Shown: piece by piece, positions 37,480 to 50,407 of the stretch
Layout: each line of letters starts with the position of its first letter
Numbering within the stretch: position 1 is the first letter of the stretch
From: Rotaria socialis
Taxonomy: Eukaryota
Assembly: GCA_905331295.1 (NCBI GenBank)
Contig: CAJNYD010000039.1
Coordinates: 124,001 to 188,000 of the forward strand
Direction of reading: 5' to 3'
DNA: 64,000 nt
Translations under genes and position numbers: made by a program
Notes under the pieces: model-generated
Database searches by the model: none
What the model saw: the letters and a program-made list of their open reading frames with translations, nothing else
Told to the model about the DNA's origin: nothing

Positions 37480-38288
37480 ATGCTGAAATCTTTATTTCTT
37501 CTACGTCCTTCATCATTTCAATGTATGCGTCAATTTCATTTAACGATACCATCATTAACAGCCGGACAAACACAATATCGCGGTCAAAAAGAATCGACCT
37601 GGTGGGAGAAATATGGTTCACATGTTGACCCGGTTGCAACACGTTCAGATCTACTCAATATGGATGATTTAGATGAACGACATTATCGACCCGTTAAACC
37701 TGTTATACCAACCTATCAATCGTTTTCTTGTTTTCATGATCCACTTGTATCTCGTGTGCTAGGAGTTCTATTGCGTGAAGGAAATCGTGAATTAGTCGAA
37801 GAATTAATGCATAAAACATTTCGAACAATAAAACTAATACAAGTAGGAAAATTGAATCGAGCTAAAACTGATGAAGAACGTTCATCAATTGAATGTAATC
37901 CAGTTACTTTGCTGCAACAAGCAATTAAAAATGCAACACCTATTGTTCGTAAGTAAATTCAAATAAGAAACACAAAAGAAACCCCGGATTTTATACTCAT
38001 TATTGTAATACGTGTACATATATAGGTCTGACAAGAATAGCTAAGGGTGGTACTCTATATTCTGTCCCAATACCAATGTCGCCAACACGTGGTACATTTA
38101 CAGCTATTCGATTATTAATTGATAGTACACATGATGCTCGACCACATGATCAAAGATTTTGGACATTATTTGCAAAAGAAATAATGGACGCAGCACGAAA
38201 TCAAGGACGTACAATAAAGAAAAAGCAAGAAATACATCGTAATGCTGAACTAAATCGTGCTTATGCACATTTTAAATGGCAAAAATAA
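37480..38288 (+). CDS. MRPS7: Mitochondrial ribosomal protein S7 (~243 aa)
   Basis: Exons 37480-37948 and 38026-38288. Presequence-like N-terminus. uS7m motifs: FHDPLVSR..LLREGNRELVE..TFRTIKLIQ, IECNP..LQQAIKNATPIV, KGGTLYSVPIP, IKKKQEIHRNAELNRAYAHFKW. Confidence 0.93.
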
Positions 38289-39307
38289 TAAAAAAATGAT
38301 GCCTATGTTTTGTTTTTTTGTTTAATAAAAATAAAAGCTAGATAAAAGGCTTAATTATTTCTACTCACGTACGTAGTACACAAAAAACAAACACAATAGA
38401 AGAACGTAATCTGTGACGTTGGTGATATCTAAGTAAAGTACAGATACTTAAAAAAGCAATTTTCTACGATGCCAGAGAGCAGAATACTTTTGGTCAACGA
38501 AAGATCAAGTAACTTCACATTTTTTCATGAATAATACCTTTAGAAAATCATAGTTCATTTGCTGAATATTTTTTCTTGAAGAAATTAATTATTTTGTTAA
38601 CAAATTATTTTAAAAGGATTGATAAATCCAGCAGCCATTCACGAAACAGCGACGTAAAATGTCAGAAATCATCAGCTACTCGTGAGAAACAAGGTAGTAC
38701 AACAGTAAGTCCCACTAAAGATGATCACAATGCAAAAGACTAATGTAATGATGTAGCTATCAAATCAAATGTTTCATCAGATGGCAGTGCTCATGCGTCT
38801 ATAATTGATCAGCAGAAACTGAATGGCCTCATATCGAAATTAGATGTGTGATTTGAGTTTTACTCTAGGATTCAAGATGGATTGATGAATTTTCATATAA
38901 CTTTAATACATGTACAAGTCCATGAATATACCGAACAGAAGACAGAAACTCAATGAAATTATGATGAGGGTACTTGCAGAAAAAGTGAAGTTTTTTAGAA
39001 AAACGAATGAGCATATATCGGTACTTGATACTGAGTATCGTGTACGATTACAGGAAAAAAACTTGTTGAAAAAGTCGATGTATGCTAAATTAAAAAAGCT
39101 ATTGAATCAACTACAAACTGCTAGAAATTATACTAGTCTATTGGATAAATAGATGGTGAACCTTAAAACGTGATGCTTTACTAGAAGCACACACATAGGT
39201 CGTATCGCAAATAACTGCTATTATTGTTCAAGCATCAACCCGTAGATGTAAAGAACGATCAAAACAAAAGAGCATTAGCAGTATCCACATAATGAATTAA
39301 AGAAACT

Positions 39308-40013
39308 GCTATAGTGTACTAAGAAGAATATTTAAAACGATACCAAAGCATGAAATCCAAATAAGAAAAAAACTTTTCTGTGCATTTTCACTTCCACACA
39401 TAACATGGCTGTTATCAACTTGGTTCTATTTCACCAACCTGCAGAAGCAAAAATTAGAGCACATATATGGAACAGGTCTAAGATTGGTATATAATCTATA
39501 CGGCTATGAAGACTTTACAACCTTATGCCTGAGTAGAGAATTATCATTAAGGGGCTATGTTTACAAATACTGGATTCGTTTTCAGAAACATCTGGATGAA
39601 GCACCAGAAGCCGAAGCATATAGACAAACATGGACAGCATTTTTAATTGCCACTGACCCCTCAAAAGCATACTATAAGAGCGTGGGCATGAGGAAAAATA
39701 GCAAATTTGGAAATAGACTGTATAAAAGAGCAAACCATACATATCTGGATTTTCTCTCATTCATGAATGTACACAAAAGACATTTCTGCTTTTTCAAAAC
39801 TACCTCTTCTCTTCTTGAACACTTTGTTCTAAAATACTTTTCCAATGTATCCACATAAACTTTTCATTTTGTTTTTGTTTTTTGTTTTTTGTCTCTGCCA
39901 TTCTATTCTTTCTCACTCTTCTTAATTATCTCTATCTCTATATGGTGTAAAACGGTGATTTTGTCTAATTGTTAACCCAACTATGGGAACAATAAACATA
40001 TATGTTAAAAAAA
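39308..40013 (+). mobile_element. 5'-truncated non-LTR retrotransposon (3' end of ORF2, 3' UTR, polyA)
   Basis: 19-bp direct repeat ATAATGAATTAAAGAAACT at 39289-39307 and 40014-40032. The frame stays open to 39858 (IRKKLFCAFSLPHITWL...YVYKYW) and resembles the post-RT region at 63577+. AATAAA and an A-tail mark the 3' end. Confidence 0.88.
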
Positions 40014-40119
40014 ATAATGAATTAAAGAAACTCATGATTCAATTAGTGACACCGTGAGAAACGATTGAAAACAGAAAAATTGATATAATCTATGAATATG
40101 AGGATTCTGTTTTGTTTTA

Positions 40120-41065
40120 ATGGTAATCTGCGCGAAGTTTGTTCATTGCAGTATACGTTTGGTTTAATTGTTTCTGGTATGAAGTAACAAAACTTATCGA
40201 ATAAAACATTTAGAGCAGATATTAATTTATCAAATGGCATTCATGAATTTGAGTATATAAATATGCTCCTGATGATCAACTATGGGAAGGAAAGAGTGAA
40301 GAGACACGAGTACGGTTATAAGATATTTGTTAGAATCGTTTAGATCAAGTTTATTATTGAATATTGGACTGATCTTGAATTTTTTGCTTTTGCAAATTCA
40401 TTTTCTCTTTAGTAATCGATGAAAAAACACATGTGTCCAACTGTTACAATGAAATCGTTGCTCATTAAACTATACATTATGATCGAGTTAATGATAGCGT
40501 ATATGTTGATAGTTGTCCACGGTTATTAACACATATTGAAAATGAATTAGTCGAAACATTAGGTTTCACAGTTGCCATTGATTTACAAGCGGTTGAAGGT
40601 ATTGAACGCAATCGTCAAGGAATTCTTAGTGATCCATGTGTACTCTAATAGAATAATGAATTTAATTTAGCATAGCATTTCTGTGTGTACTAATTACAGA
40701 TTGATCATCAATCGGAATAGATTTTATGTGAGCACAACCAACATTTGTACTAAAACAGAATTAGAAAAAGGACAAAAGGTTTATATTCATGGTAATACAG
40801 GTATGTTAAGTAATGAGTTCAACAAATTTGACCTTTACTCAAGGTTAGGTAAATGATAGTCTTTTTTTTTTTATAAATTTACATTTAAAAGGAAGCTAAT
40901 TCAAATGATCTTTATTTTAGGTTTTGGCCGAACATTTCATATTGTTTGCCTTTATCTGCATTTCACAAAAAAGAAGTAGAAATTTCATCAGCCAAAGTCC
41001 AATATAATTTAGCTCCAGAGCGTTCATGTGGCCTTTTTACCGTATATTTCTTCAAAATGCAGTAG
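40120..41065 (+). pseudogene. EPM2A: Laforin (CBM20 + glucan phosphatase) pseudogene
   Basis: CBM20-like remnants (GNLREV..., HEFEY, QLWEGK). The exon from 40413 reads IDEKTHVSNCYNEIVAH*TIHYDRVNDSVYVDSCPRLLTHIENELVETLGFTVAIDLQ, resembling laforin MHYSRI..IWLGSCPR..H..KL..ELGITAVMNFQ. ELEKGQKVYIHGNTG|FGRT resembles LLEKGH.VYVHCNAGVGRS. In-frame TAA at 40466, catalytic Cys replaced by Gly, and frameshifts. Confidence 0.78.
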
Positions 41066-41163
41066 CAATATACAATAAAAAGCTTTTGAATAAAAAGAAA
41101 ATTTTTAATTAAAAAAAAAAATTATTATTATTTTTTTTCTTTTTTCTTTTTGCTTATCTATTT

Positions 41164-42133
41164 TCAGTTATCATTTCTTTTTGTATAACTTGTACGTATT
41201 AGTTCTTGTTTTTCAATAGGCTTAAATTGAAAATCAAAATCCCGTTGCAACGGTAGCGTTGTTGATGTTAGATCTTGCAATGATTGCGAGCGATACTGAT
41301 GAAATGGAGAATTTTGACTATGCTTTAATTCGACGCCATGCTTTACACACATTTCATCGACTAATTGGTTGAATTCGTGTGTTTGCGGTGTTGTTGAAGT
41401 TTTATAAACCACTATTTTTTTATTTGGATGTGAATGTTTAACATGCGCAAACACCGATGATAATTCATCTGGATTCATCAAGCACTCTTTCGTACCCTCA
41501 ACACGATAAATAGCCGATGGCTGCTGCTGCTGCTGTTGTTGTTGTTGTTGCAGTTGTGTTTGCTGTGGCTGTTCGACGCTTTGTCTAGTTCGATGTGAAC
41601 GACGATGTGGTTTTAATTCAGTGACTGGTATTGATAGATCACGATGAACCATTGGAGTTGGATTTTGACGATAATGAGAAGAATGTTTTTTAGTTGGTGG
41701 ACTACTATTAAGTTGAGATTTACTATTTGGCAATGTATTATATGTTTGATAGGGAGGTGGAGGAAGAAGATCATTAGAATAACCATTTGTGCTAAAAAAA
41801 CCAAAATACATATATATTTAGATCAATCAGCAAATTGAATGAATTGTTTTTCAATTGAACTTACTGTTCGTCTGTATATGGTAATTGTCCATCATTGTTC
41901 CTATTCACTGATAGATTAAGTAATAATTTTAATAATAAGTCTCGTTCTTTTCTCATTTCATTAATCGTTTCAATTAAAATCGATTCATTTAATTTAGCTT
42001 TTAAATATTCATTTTCACGCCACAATACATCGCGCTCATCAGCCAATCGATGGATCATAGAAACTAGTTGTTCATTATCAAATTGCTTTTCATGACCATT
42101 AATGACTGTTTTTATTGGAATATTTTTAAACAT
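41164..42133 (-). CDS. Hypothetical ~298-aa protein with an N-terminal coiled coil, a PPPPY motif and polyQ
   Basis: Exons 42133-41865 (donor gtaagt) and 41791-41164 join in phase 2 to give one open frame. The start codon is uncertain. Confidence 0.7.
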
Positions 42134-43492
42134 CTTTGAAGTATAACCAGTCAAAAAAAGAAATGTTCCGATCAAATCTGATCGATACCTAGATTGTAAT
42201 TGTTAATATTCGATGTTGGTATTGATTGACAGGCCAAAGTGCAAGACAGACTATACAATTACCATCGTATTCTTCTTAGCCTCTCTACGTGATCTAAAGA
42301 GCAAAGTAATTTCAATGGTTTGCTTCGCCTTTTCTCTTGCCTCATTTTGCAACACTTGAATAATATTACGCGAAAGAGTCGAGAGAAGCAGCACATGCTT
42401 CTCTCCGTTTTTTGTTATTGACTCTTGTTCGTTTTCTCTCATTCTCCTCTCTTCGTTGGCAATAGTTGTTCGCTGTCGTTTAGTGTTTGTAAATATCAAC
42501 GATCGAAGCAGCAGTGTTACACCTTGAACGAATGATGCCATAGGAAAGAGTAAGCGAAAGGAAGAGTAAAAAAAGCATTATTGATGTTTTTGGGGGGTAA
42601 GAATATGAAAGTGAAGTTTTATTAGTTTTACAAAAGAAATGAATATTTGATTGAAATTAATCTATGTTAAATTGAATTTTAAACGTTTTTTTTGTTTCGT
42701 AAAAAATTTCGAATATGTTTTCATTTGTTCAAAAATAATTTACATATGTAAGAACTCAAAAAAAGACAAGATTGAAATCAGAGGTCACATCGACTATATA
42801 GACAATGCTTCTCAAATGTCCAATTAATAATATATCGACTAAAAGTTTATTTAAATTCAGTTCGTTACAAGAGAGTTATATTTCAATCGATATTGTATCG
42901 AATTCAACATGTAAAAAGTACAAGTTACGAAGAAAACGGCATTGAAAAAATCGAAAGAAAATTGTCTGTTTTAAAAACATTTATATTTTGTTTCGACTCA
43001 AATGCCTTGAAGTTGATGTCTGCTCTAAACGATGAATCCTTAGAAAATATGACGTACGAAAAATCAGAATTCATTTTTTTCTGTTCTAGTTTTGCATTAA
43101 AATTTTTCCATTGTAGTTTATTTTTTATTTATTGAAATTTTAATCGTTCTTTTGTAGTTGTTTTTATGTACAATGGCATTTTAATGTATTTTTCTTCAAA
43201 GAAAATGACAAGTAACTTTACGTGCGAAATACTATTGCTGACCTGCCACAAAAAAAGCTGTATTCTTTCTTTGTTTGTCTTTTTCTATGAATGAGTCATA
43301 GTTCGAAATTGGTGAATTCACATATTTGACAAAGCAAAATGATTTTAAGCTTATCTCTTTATTGCAATATATTGATCTTTAGTTATAGTTATACAATACA
43401 AGAATAATTTTAAAAAATAATTTAATATTTTCGTAGATTTTGTTTTATTTATAAATAATTTAGACCATTTCTTCTAACTTAATATTCATTGA

Positions 43493-44497
43493 TTATTGTA
43501 AAAAAGCTCTAGCATATGTTGCTAATAATCCAGCTGCAAGACCACTTTTATGTGATAAACATCCGTGATGCATTTCTTGTTCGATTAGAAGATGCCTTTT
43601 AATTTTTAAATTTGGTTCCGCTGTTTCCGATGCACTGCTAAAACATCCATACTGTGGTTCTTGCCATGAAAGTATCGCATCAAACCAATCGAAACGTAAA
43701 AAGTCTTCATAACCAATAATTGAACATAATAGTAATTGTTCAAGAAATAAATCTTGATTTCTATTTTCTTCGATATTTAATTGAGCATCTAGATAAATAT
43801 TCGAACAATATTGATCTTCTAAATATTTTAAATTTTTATTTGAAACATCTGATACTGCTCGATTATCAATACAACCAATGCTTTTTGCAACTAAAAACCA
43901 TAATAATTGATGTGTTAAACGATAATCTTTAGTCATCGATGTTGTCATCATACTCCAGCATGGCTGAGAAATGAAACATTTTGTTGCATTCGGACGATCA
44001 GTTGAACCAAGTAGTTCAGCAAAACAGCCATCAGATTCATCTTCATCAAACTTCGCAGTTCTTGAACCCTTTTCAAAGAATTTTTTCTTTATTTTTCGCA
44101 AGTCATAATCAGCTTGAAATGGTTTCGATGCAACCAGACGAAATCGTTCTAAATATGAGGATGCCGTATCAGCCAATGCAATTAAACTTCGGTTTGCTAT
44201 ACGTTCAATTTGTATCGATAAGTTTTGTATATAGTGATTTTTATCTGTAAAACGCTGGTTTTCGTGGGATGATGCAGTTAAAATTTCATCAAGACTATTT
44301 AATTGTCCTTGTGCTATGCGTAGACCATATACACCATCAAGATTTAAATCGTTGGCATCTGATTCGAAAAAATTTAAAAGACGTCCTAAAGCATTCAGTG
44401 CTAGACCACCATATTTAATATTTAATTCAGGTGATGGTAGAGTAGAACTTGTTACAATTGGAATAAAAATAGAGAAAATTAGTAATTGGATATTCAT
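43493..44497 (-). CDS. C16orf89: UPF0764 / C16orf89 homolog, secreted (334 aa)
   Basis: Intronless ORF with a signal peptide. Family motifs: NLDGVYGLR, EDESDGCFAELLG, C..S..CWSMMT, YRLTHQLLW, QDLFLEQ..C..G, ILSWQ..GCF, KR..GCLSHKSGLA. Confidence 0.88.
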   Translation of the reverse strand: MNIQLLIFSIFIPIVTSSTLPSPELNIKYGGLALNALGRLLNFFESDANDLNLDGVYGLRIAQGQLNSLDEILTASSHENQRFTDKNHYIQNLSIQIERIANRSLIALADTASSYLERFRLVASKPFQADYDLRKIKKKFFEKGSRTAKFDEDESDGCFAELLGSTDRPNATKCFISQPCWSMMTTSMTKDYRLTHQLLWFLVAKSIGCIDNRAVSDVSNKNLKYLEDQYCSNIYLDAQLNIEENRNQDLFLEQLLLCSIIGYEDFLRFDWFDAILSWQEPQYGCFSSASETAEPNLKIKRHLLIEQEMHHGCLSHKSGLAAGLLATYARAFLQ

Positions 44498-47052
44498 CTA
44501 AATATATTAAAAAATCATATATTTCTATTTGTAAATATAAAGAGAAAACAGGAATTAAATTGTATAGAATGGCAACCTGCCAAAACTACCAATAAGCCAA
44601 TCGTCAGAAATATGATATCAAGAATAATCATTGGTTACTTGTGAAAAAACAGTTGTATATGTGCTACGTCCTATGTAAAGGGCACCATCGCCTTCGTTCT
44701 TTTCTTTCTTCCATCGTAGAAATCATTAGAAAAATAAGAGAAAGACAAGAAGCGAGAATAAGTATACGTTGGAACGATAAACCTTATCTTTGATTCAATT
44801 TATTATACATAGCTCCCTATCTTTCCTTATCTGTCGTGATATTAGATATAATATAGAAAAACAAACTTGTATTTTTTCCACACAGATGATATCATTCGTA
44901 AAGCTTCCAAATAAAATGAACTACAAAAAGAAACGGATTAGTTTTCTCGATGAATATTTTTGTTCGTTTTTTGTGATGTAAATCAGTGTTAGTAATATTT
45001 TCCGTTCGTGGATTCATTTTTTCATTCAGTTCGAAAACAAAGCATGATTCCGTTATTAAAAGTCGTAACAATTGTCGAAAGCTGATTGCTTCAGGCTCCT
45101 ATGGATTCGAATTACTCCTTTACATAAAATACGACAATCAGGAAAGAAAACTATAGTATTAATAAAGTCTATTTTATTTTTGAGAACTTACAAGAAGTGA
45201 TTTTCTCATCTATCGACTATGTAGAATAGCATTGATTAGTAAATCAAGCGCTAAAATATTTCAAACTCATCTTTATATTATAGATTGTGATTAAGAAAAT
45301 CCAAAAACAAAAAGATTTAAATTAGTCCCTACATCAATGATGAAAGCTAAAGGTAATATACCGAAGATGTATCGATGTTTTCAAGGAGAAAGTTCGATAA
45401 GAATTCCTAGATTCTTGAATTTCTTAGGAGTCTTACCTGATTTTTTGAAAGTCACGTAGAAAACATTCCAATACCTGTAAATTTTGAGAAATATGGTTTG
45501 ATTGATGACAATAGCAAAATCTAATACGTCGAGGATTATATTCAGAAATCTTAGTGTTTCGAACGTCACTCTGCCTGCAACAAACATTGTATTTATGATC
45601 AACAGATAAATTTCCATCGAATAGAATTTTCGATATCATAAAAAAGATGTTTCTTTTAATTTCATTTATACTATTTACAGTGTCTTTCGTGAGTAATCTA
45701 ACCTATACTTGTATTTAATATTGAAATTTCATTTAACCATGAAGCATCTTGTTAAGTAAAAATTTATCTAAAAAAAAATATAAATATGTTCAAGTTGTTC
45801 GTTGGATAAAAACAATCTTATTCTATACCTATATTACAATGTTAAATATTTAAAACAAAACGTAATGTGCTCTACAATGTGTCCTGACGAAGCTCTGCTA
45901 CTGACTGTGCTGCTCAGCTTTATAAACGAAGAAAATAAAAAGTGAATGAAAATTTTATTTGGTGACTTCAGCTCTTTCAGAGTTTACCAATCAGCTGGTG
46001 AGAAATAAAATATAATTGGATGTAGTTCCGTAGAAAACCGACAAGAGAACATTTGCCTATGTAATATATCAGCAGTTGCATCGTTCAGCAATTCTGTACA
46101 TATGAATTTGTGCAAATAGGATATTAGAAAAGCACAAACTAAATGAACGGTAAATGAGAAAAAAATTTAACAGCACGTATATAAATTCATCGATCCAAAT
46201 GACGGTGTTTGCAGTGACTTACTCAAAGATTAAATCAATATTTACATCTAACTGATATAGAAGCTGCATTGGTAAAGAAAAGATTGGTATTATATTTGTG
46301 CTTCTCTTCGTATGCATAGTGTGCGTATTTCCATAAGAAGAACATATATTATATATTGAAGACGTATTTTACGATGGAAAGCCTCTTTTTTAAGATATAA
46401 CGATGCTGCATAAAACATATGAATCGGTAGAAAAATAATTCTAAATACAAATGTTTTCCGAAATTTAAAATTCTAAGAATCAGTCGGTAAATTCTACGCT
46501 TTCACTGTTCACTATGTCATATTGCCATTGTTATTCAGGACAACAATTGCTTATTCGATGTAAACAGGACCGATAATCATTTCTTTCTCCATTCACAATC
46601 AAGACTTCGCATAAGGAATTTGTTTTCATAAAAATAAACTCTAAGTGACTTCATTATCTTGGTATGCAACTATTTTGATTTGGTTCCAATTATTTGCAAG
46701 AACAACTATTATCACAGAAAATATATTCATATTCCAATAATTGTCTTTTGTTTTAGTGTATTTAATTTCCTCGAACAGCAAAATTTCTTGTTGTATACAT
46801 TGCTATGTATGAAATATCTGCTAAATCTAATTTATTTTTCTAAACAACTAGTATTTCGAATACAGATGATCCTCTGACTTTTCTGATAGAGAAATATAAT
46901 TGTAAAAAATGTGTAAATGATTGACGTATACATACACCGTACATGACGCGCACTTGTAATAGATATGAATTCATATACCTAGTATTTCTACGTATTTTAT
47001 TCATCACTATTCATGGTGTACTATAAAATATTTCTTTATATAAAATAAAAGT

Positions 47053-47920
47053 GTGCCTATCATTCTACGACCTAATCGCCTATTTTTACTTATATTGATA
47101 TATCATGTTCATGAAACTCAATTCGGGGCATTTCGATATAATAAAATAGTTTGTTTCGGTGATTCACACTTTGACACTTAATTTGTGTAATTTAACAGGT
47201 TTGAAATGGCCTATCAATTCCCCTTACTAGCGAGATCGATTTTCCAATGGACATATTTGGATAGAACAATTAGGCATAGCCAACCTTATGAATTATGCAT
47301 ATGGAAGTGCCAAAACGGATAGTAATTTAGTACCAGACGTTACAGAAATGAGTATAACCGCACCAGATGTTCGTCAACAAATAAGCCTGCACAAAAATAA
47401 TACCGATTTGACTAAGATAAATTTCGATCAAACTATTTATATCATATGGGCTGGAGCTAATGATTATTTCTTTAATCTCAATTTATCTCCATTTGCTGTT
47501 GTTGTAAGTTTAATGAATGATATCAATGATCTAATTCAGCTAAGTACTAATCATATTATTATTGTTAATCAACCACCTTTTCAATCATATCCAGCTGTTG
47601 TTGGTTTGAATATTAGCTCTTATTTAAATCAGCTAACACTTGCACATAATAGTAATTTATCAAATGTTATGCAATCACTTCAGTTGAATTTTTCGAATGT
47701 TTCATTAGAATTATTTGATGTCTATTCACGTATTACAAATATTCTTATGAGTTCTTCTACTTATGGAGTAAATAGTACGAAAAATTGTTGGGACACATCA
47801 AATCATACTTCCATCCAAATGTGTTCATCTCCTGATACTTATACTTTTATTGGTGAATATCATTTTACTACTCGTGCACATCAAAAAATTGCTGATAATG
47901 CGCACGTATATTACTTGTAA
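47053..47920 (+). pseudogene. GDSL/SGNH lipase-esterase pseudogene, microbial-type
   Basis: A hydrophobic leader precedes KIVCFGDSHFDT* (TAA 47179). After a frameshift: WPINSPY*RDRFSNGHIWIEQL (TAG 47228), NYAYGSA, IIWAGANDY. The terminal FIGEYHFT has G in place of the DxxH Asp. Intronless. Confidence 0.82.
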
Positions 47921-50407
47921 CTTTGAAAGGAACAATTAAAGCTCTGTAGTCTATTTTCTTTATCTTACTTTTTTGTCAAATTAATCTTTTTTTGCTAAGC
48001 TAATAAGTATGCCGCATGGTAATGATCTTTTAGAACTCGGCTACATGTAAAATATTCTAGGTGATTTTATTATTTATCATGTGAAAAAAAAACGAATAAA
48101 GTCTATTTACACAATAAATTATATAGTCAAGATGATCAGTCTTTGACTAATATTTTAATATTTTTTGATGGGAAAACCCAAGAATGAATCTGTTTGACTC
48201 CAGTAAAATATGCTCAAATTGAATGTCCATCCCCTATATTGTAGGAATCGTATTGATTCAATGAAAAAATTGTTTGAACGTTGAAAAGTTCGATAAAAAA
48301 ACTCTGTATTTTTGGATTTATTTAGTCTCACTTATTTGCTATTAAAAACACTACTTCGATGGATAAGTGTTAGAGTAGACTAGTGGATAACATAGCTTAT
48401 TGCATCCAACTGAGATGAAAATTCGAAATGAATATTGAGGGTGTTCTATGCCTATTAGAGTCAATATTACGGAAGAGCTAGCGATATTTCTGAAATTCTC
48501 TTCTTGCAAACTTTCATTTAGTTTTAGAACATCCAATGCCTAAAACAATAGTACTAAGTAGCAGGCACCTGCTTTCTTCACGCACCAATCTATATCTTGA
48601 TCCTAGCACAGCATTACACAGCTGTAGTGTTTTCATTAAGATTTGAATTGCAATAGTGTTTGCCTTTTTTTCTTCGAGAATACTGCTTGTTAATCATTTT
48701 CTATCTGATTGCATATTTCGAAGCTGTGTGTAAGACAACAATGAAAACATCATAGTTGCTACTTTGGTATTTGAAAAACGTTGACTTGGATATCAAATGA
48801 AACCATGCGACTGTTTGCTATTCATGTGCCATATATGAGGCTTTTGGTGACATTGGATGAGCGTTCAGTAGTTGTAGTGCACTCTCTCTACAAAAACTAC
48901 TAGGCTGTTGTAATATATCTTGTGGGCACGTCTCAAGTTTATATGATTAAGTTCTTACTTTGAGTTTTGATTTTGAAATTCTGTCATGTTACTTCATTTT
49001 TTCCTCGTCTTTCACTGGAACGTCAATACGATCCATCAACACTTGCACATATGTCTACATGCAGGTAAATTTTAATGATCATGATCTCATTTTCTACACA
49101 CATTCATACCACTATCCGTAGTACTGTAATAAACAAACAATGATAGTGATATCTTGACTGACTACTTCATCTGCTGTATGTCTAGATTGACTAAAACCAA
49201 ATAGAATCAGTTCGAGATCTACACAATACCATTGGTGACCATTATGATTATAAAATAAGCAATGTTGCCTGTCGCCATTTTCTTCTGTTTGTTGTTTTCA
49301 TTCAAGTATACATTCAAGTGACACTATTGATTACCATCGAAAAAACCATTTTGAAGAACAGTACACATTTCATTTCATTCATTCTTTTCTTCAAAGTTGT
49401 TTACTCAAAACCAATCACTAGATTTTGCTGTGTGGTGCGCTTTTTTGGCTCATGTGTACTTTCGGTTTTTTATATTGAAAATGGAAGCATGTCTCATTTC
49501 TTTCTTCTGTTACTATTAGTGAAGAACAACGAAACGCAACCTGACGAACACCTGAAAAGAATTTGGACTACAATAAATGGCGGATTTTATAACGAAACCA
49601 CGCAGCATTTTCCCTAGTAACATTCTTCAGAATTTTTCTTGGGAGTCCTTTTTTCATCATCTTCTTGCAATTAGATCGTTTTTTACTAGGTAAGTGTGTG
49701 TATCTGGAGTTCATCAATCACTAACTATATTAAACTTACTTGGTTAACATCTAACATGGGATAGTACTACTAGTTATATTCCATTTATTCTCCTATTTCC
49801 ATGATCGTTGAACTTTTGGCTTAAGATACCCGCACACTGCTGAGCCGTCCTATATCATGCATCACTCACTCAGTCTAATACACACTACCAAAATTCTGTA
49901 GAAAAATCGATTGTTTTGTTTGAATAGCCTACTGTGGGATATGATGAAAGATGCAGAAGTGAAAAATATCCAAAAGAAAAATAGCAAATATCAAAGTGGC
50001 AAACGTAGAAGAAGAAAAAATAGAAAGGTAGACTATGCCGAATGAGAAAAGCAGCGAAACAAAAGTTATGGAAAGAAAAAGTCGAGTATTCATTTTTATT
50101 TGATCATAAGCTTAAAAAGAAAAAAATTAGGTTTTGTGTGTTAATTACCGCTATTTGCACCATTCAAATTTAAGAATGAGTTCTGACATACTCTGCAATT
50201 AAAACTACACCAACATCCATATCTACACTTATACTATTAGGTTCTGTACAACTAACATTTTTTTCCTGTTACAATTAAGATATAATTACAAGAGAAAAGG
50301 CTTTTTTTAGCAAGTTACTAATACGTAGAATTAACCGTAACGGTAAACTCTGACAGATGTCTGACAATTTATATTCATATTTTCATTTCAGTTTCGTCAA
50401 TTCAACA

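Noticed and set aside
38640..39290. Fragmentary coiled-coil-like ORFs upstream of the LINE fragment
   Set aside because: They lie outside the TSD, so they are not part of that insertion. Stop-riddled and not assignable to a family.
45880..45935. CTGACGA plus a stem, resembling a Penelope-type hammerhead ribozyme
   Set aside because: The required GAAA and stem I/III pairing could not be established.
48350..49100. Coding-like decayed sequence on the minus strand
   Set aside because: No motif I could assign.
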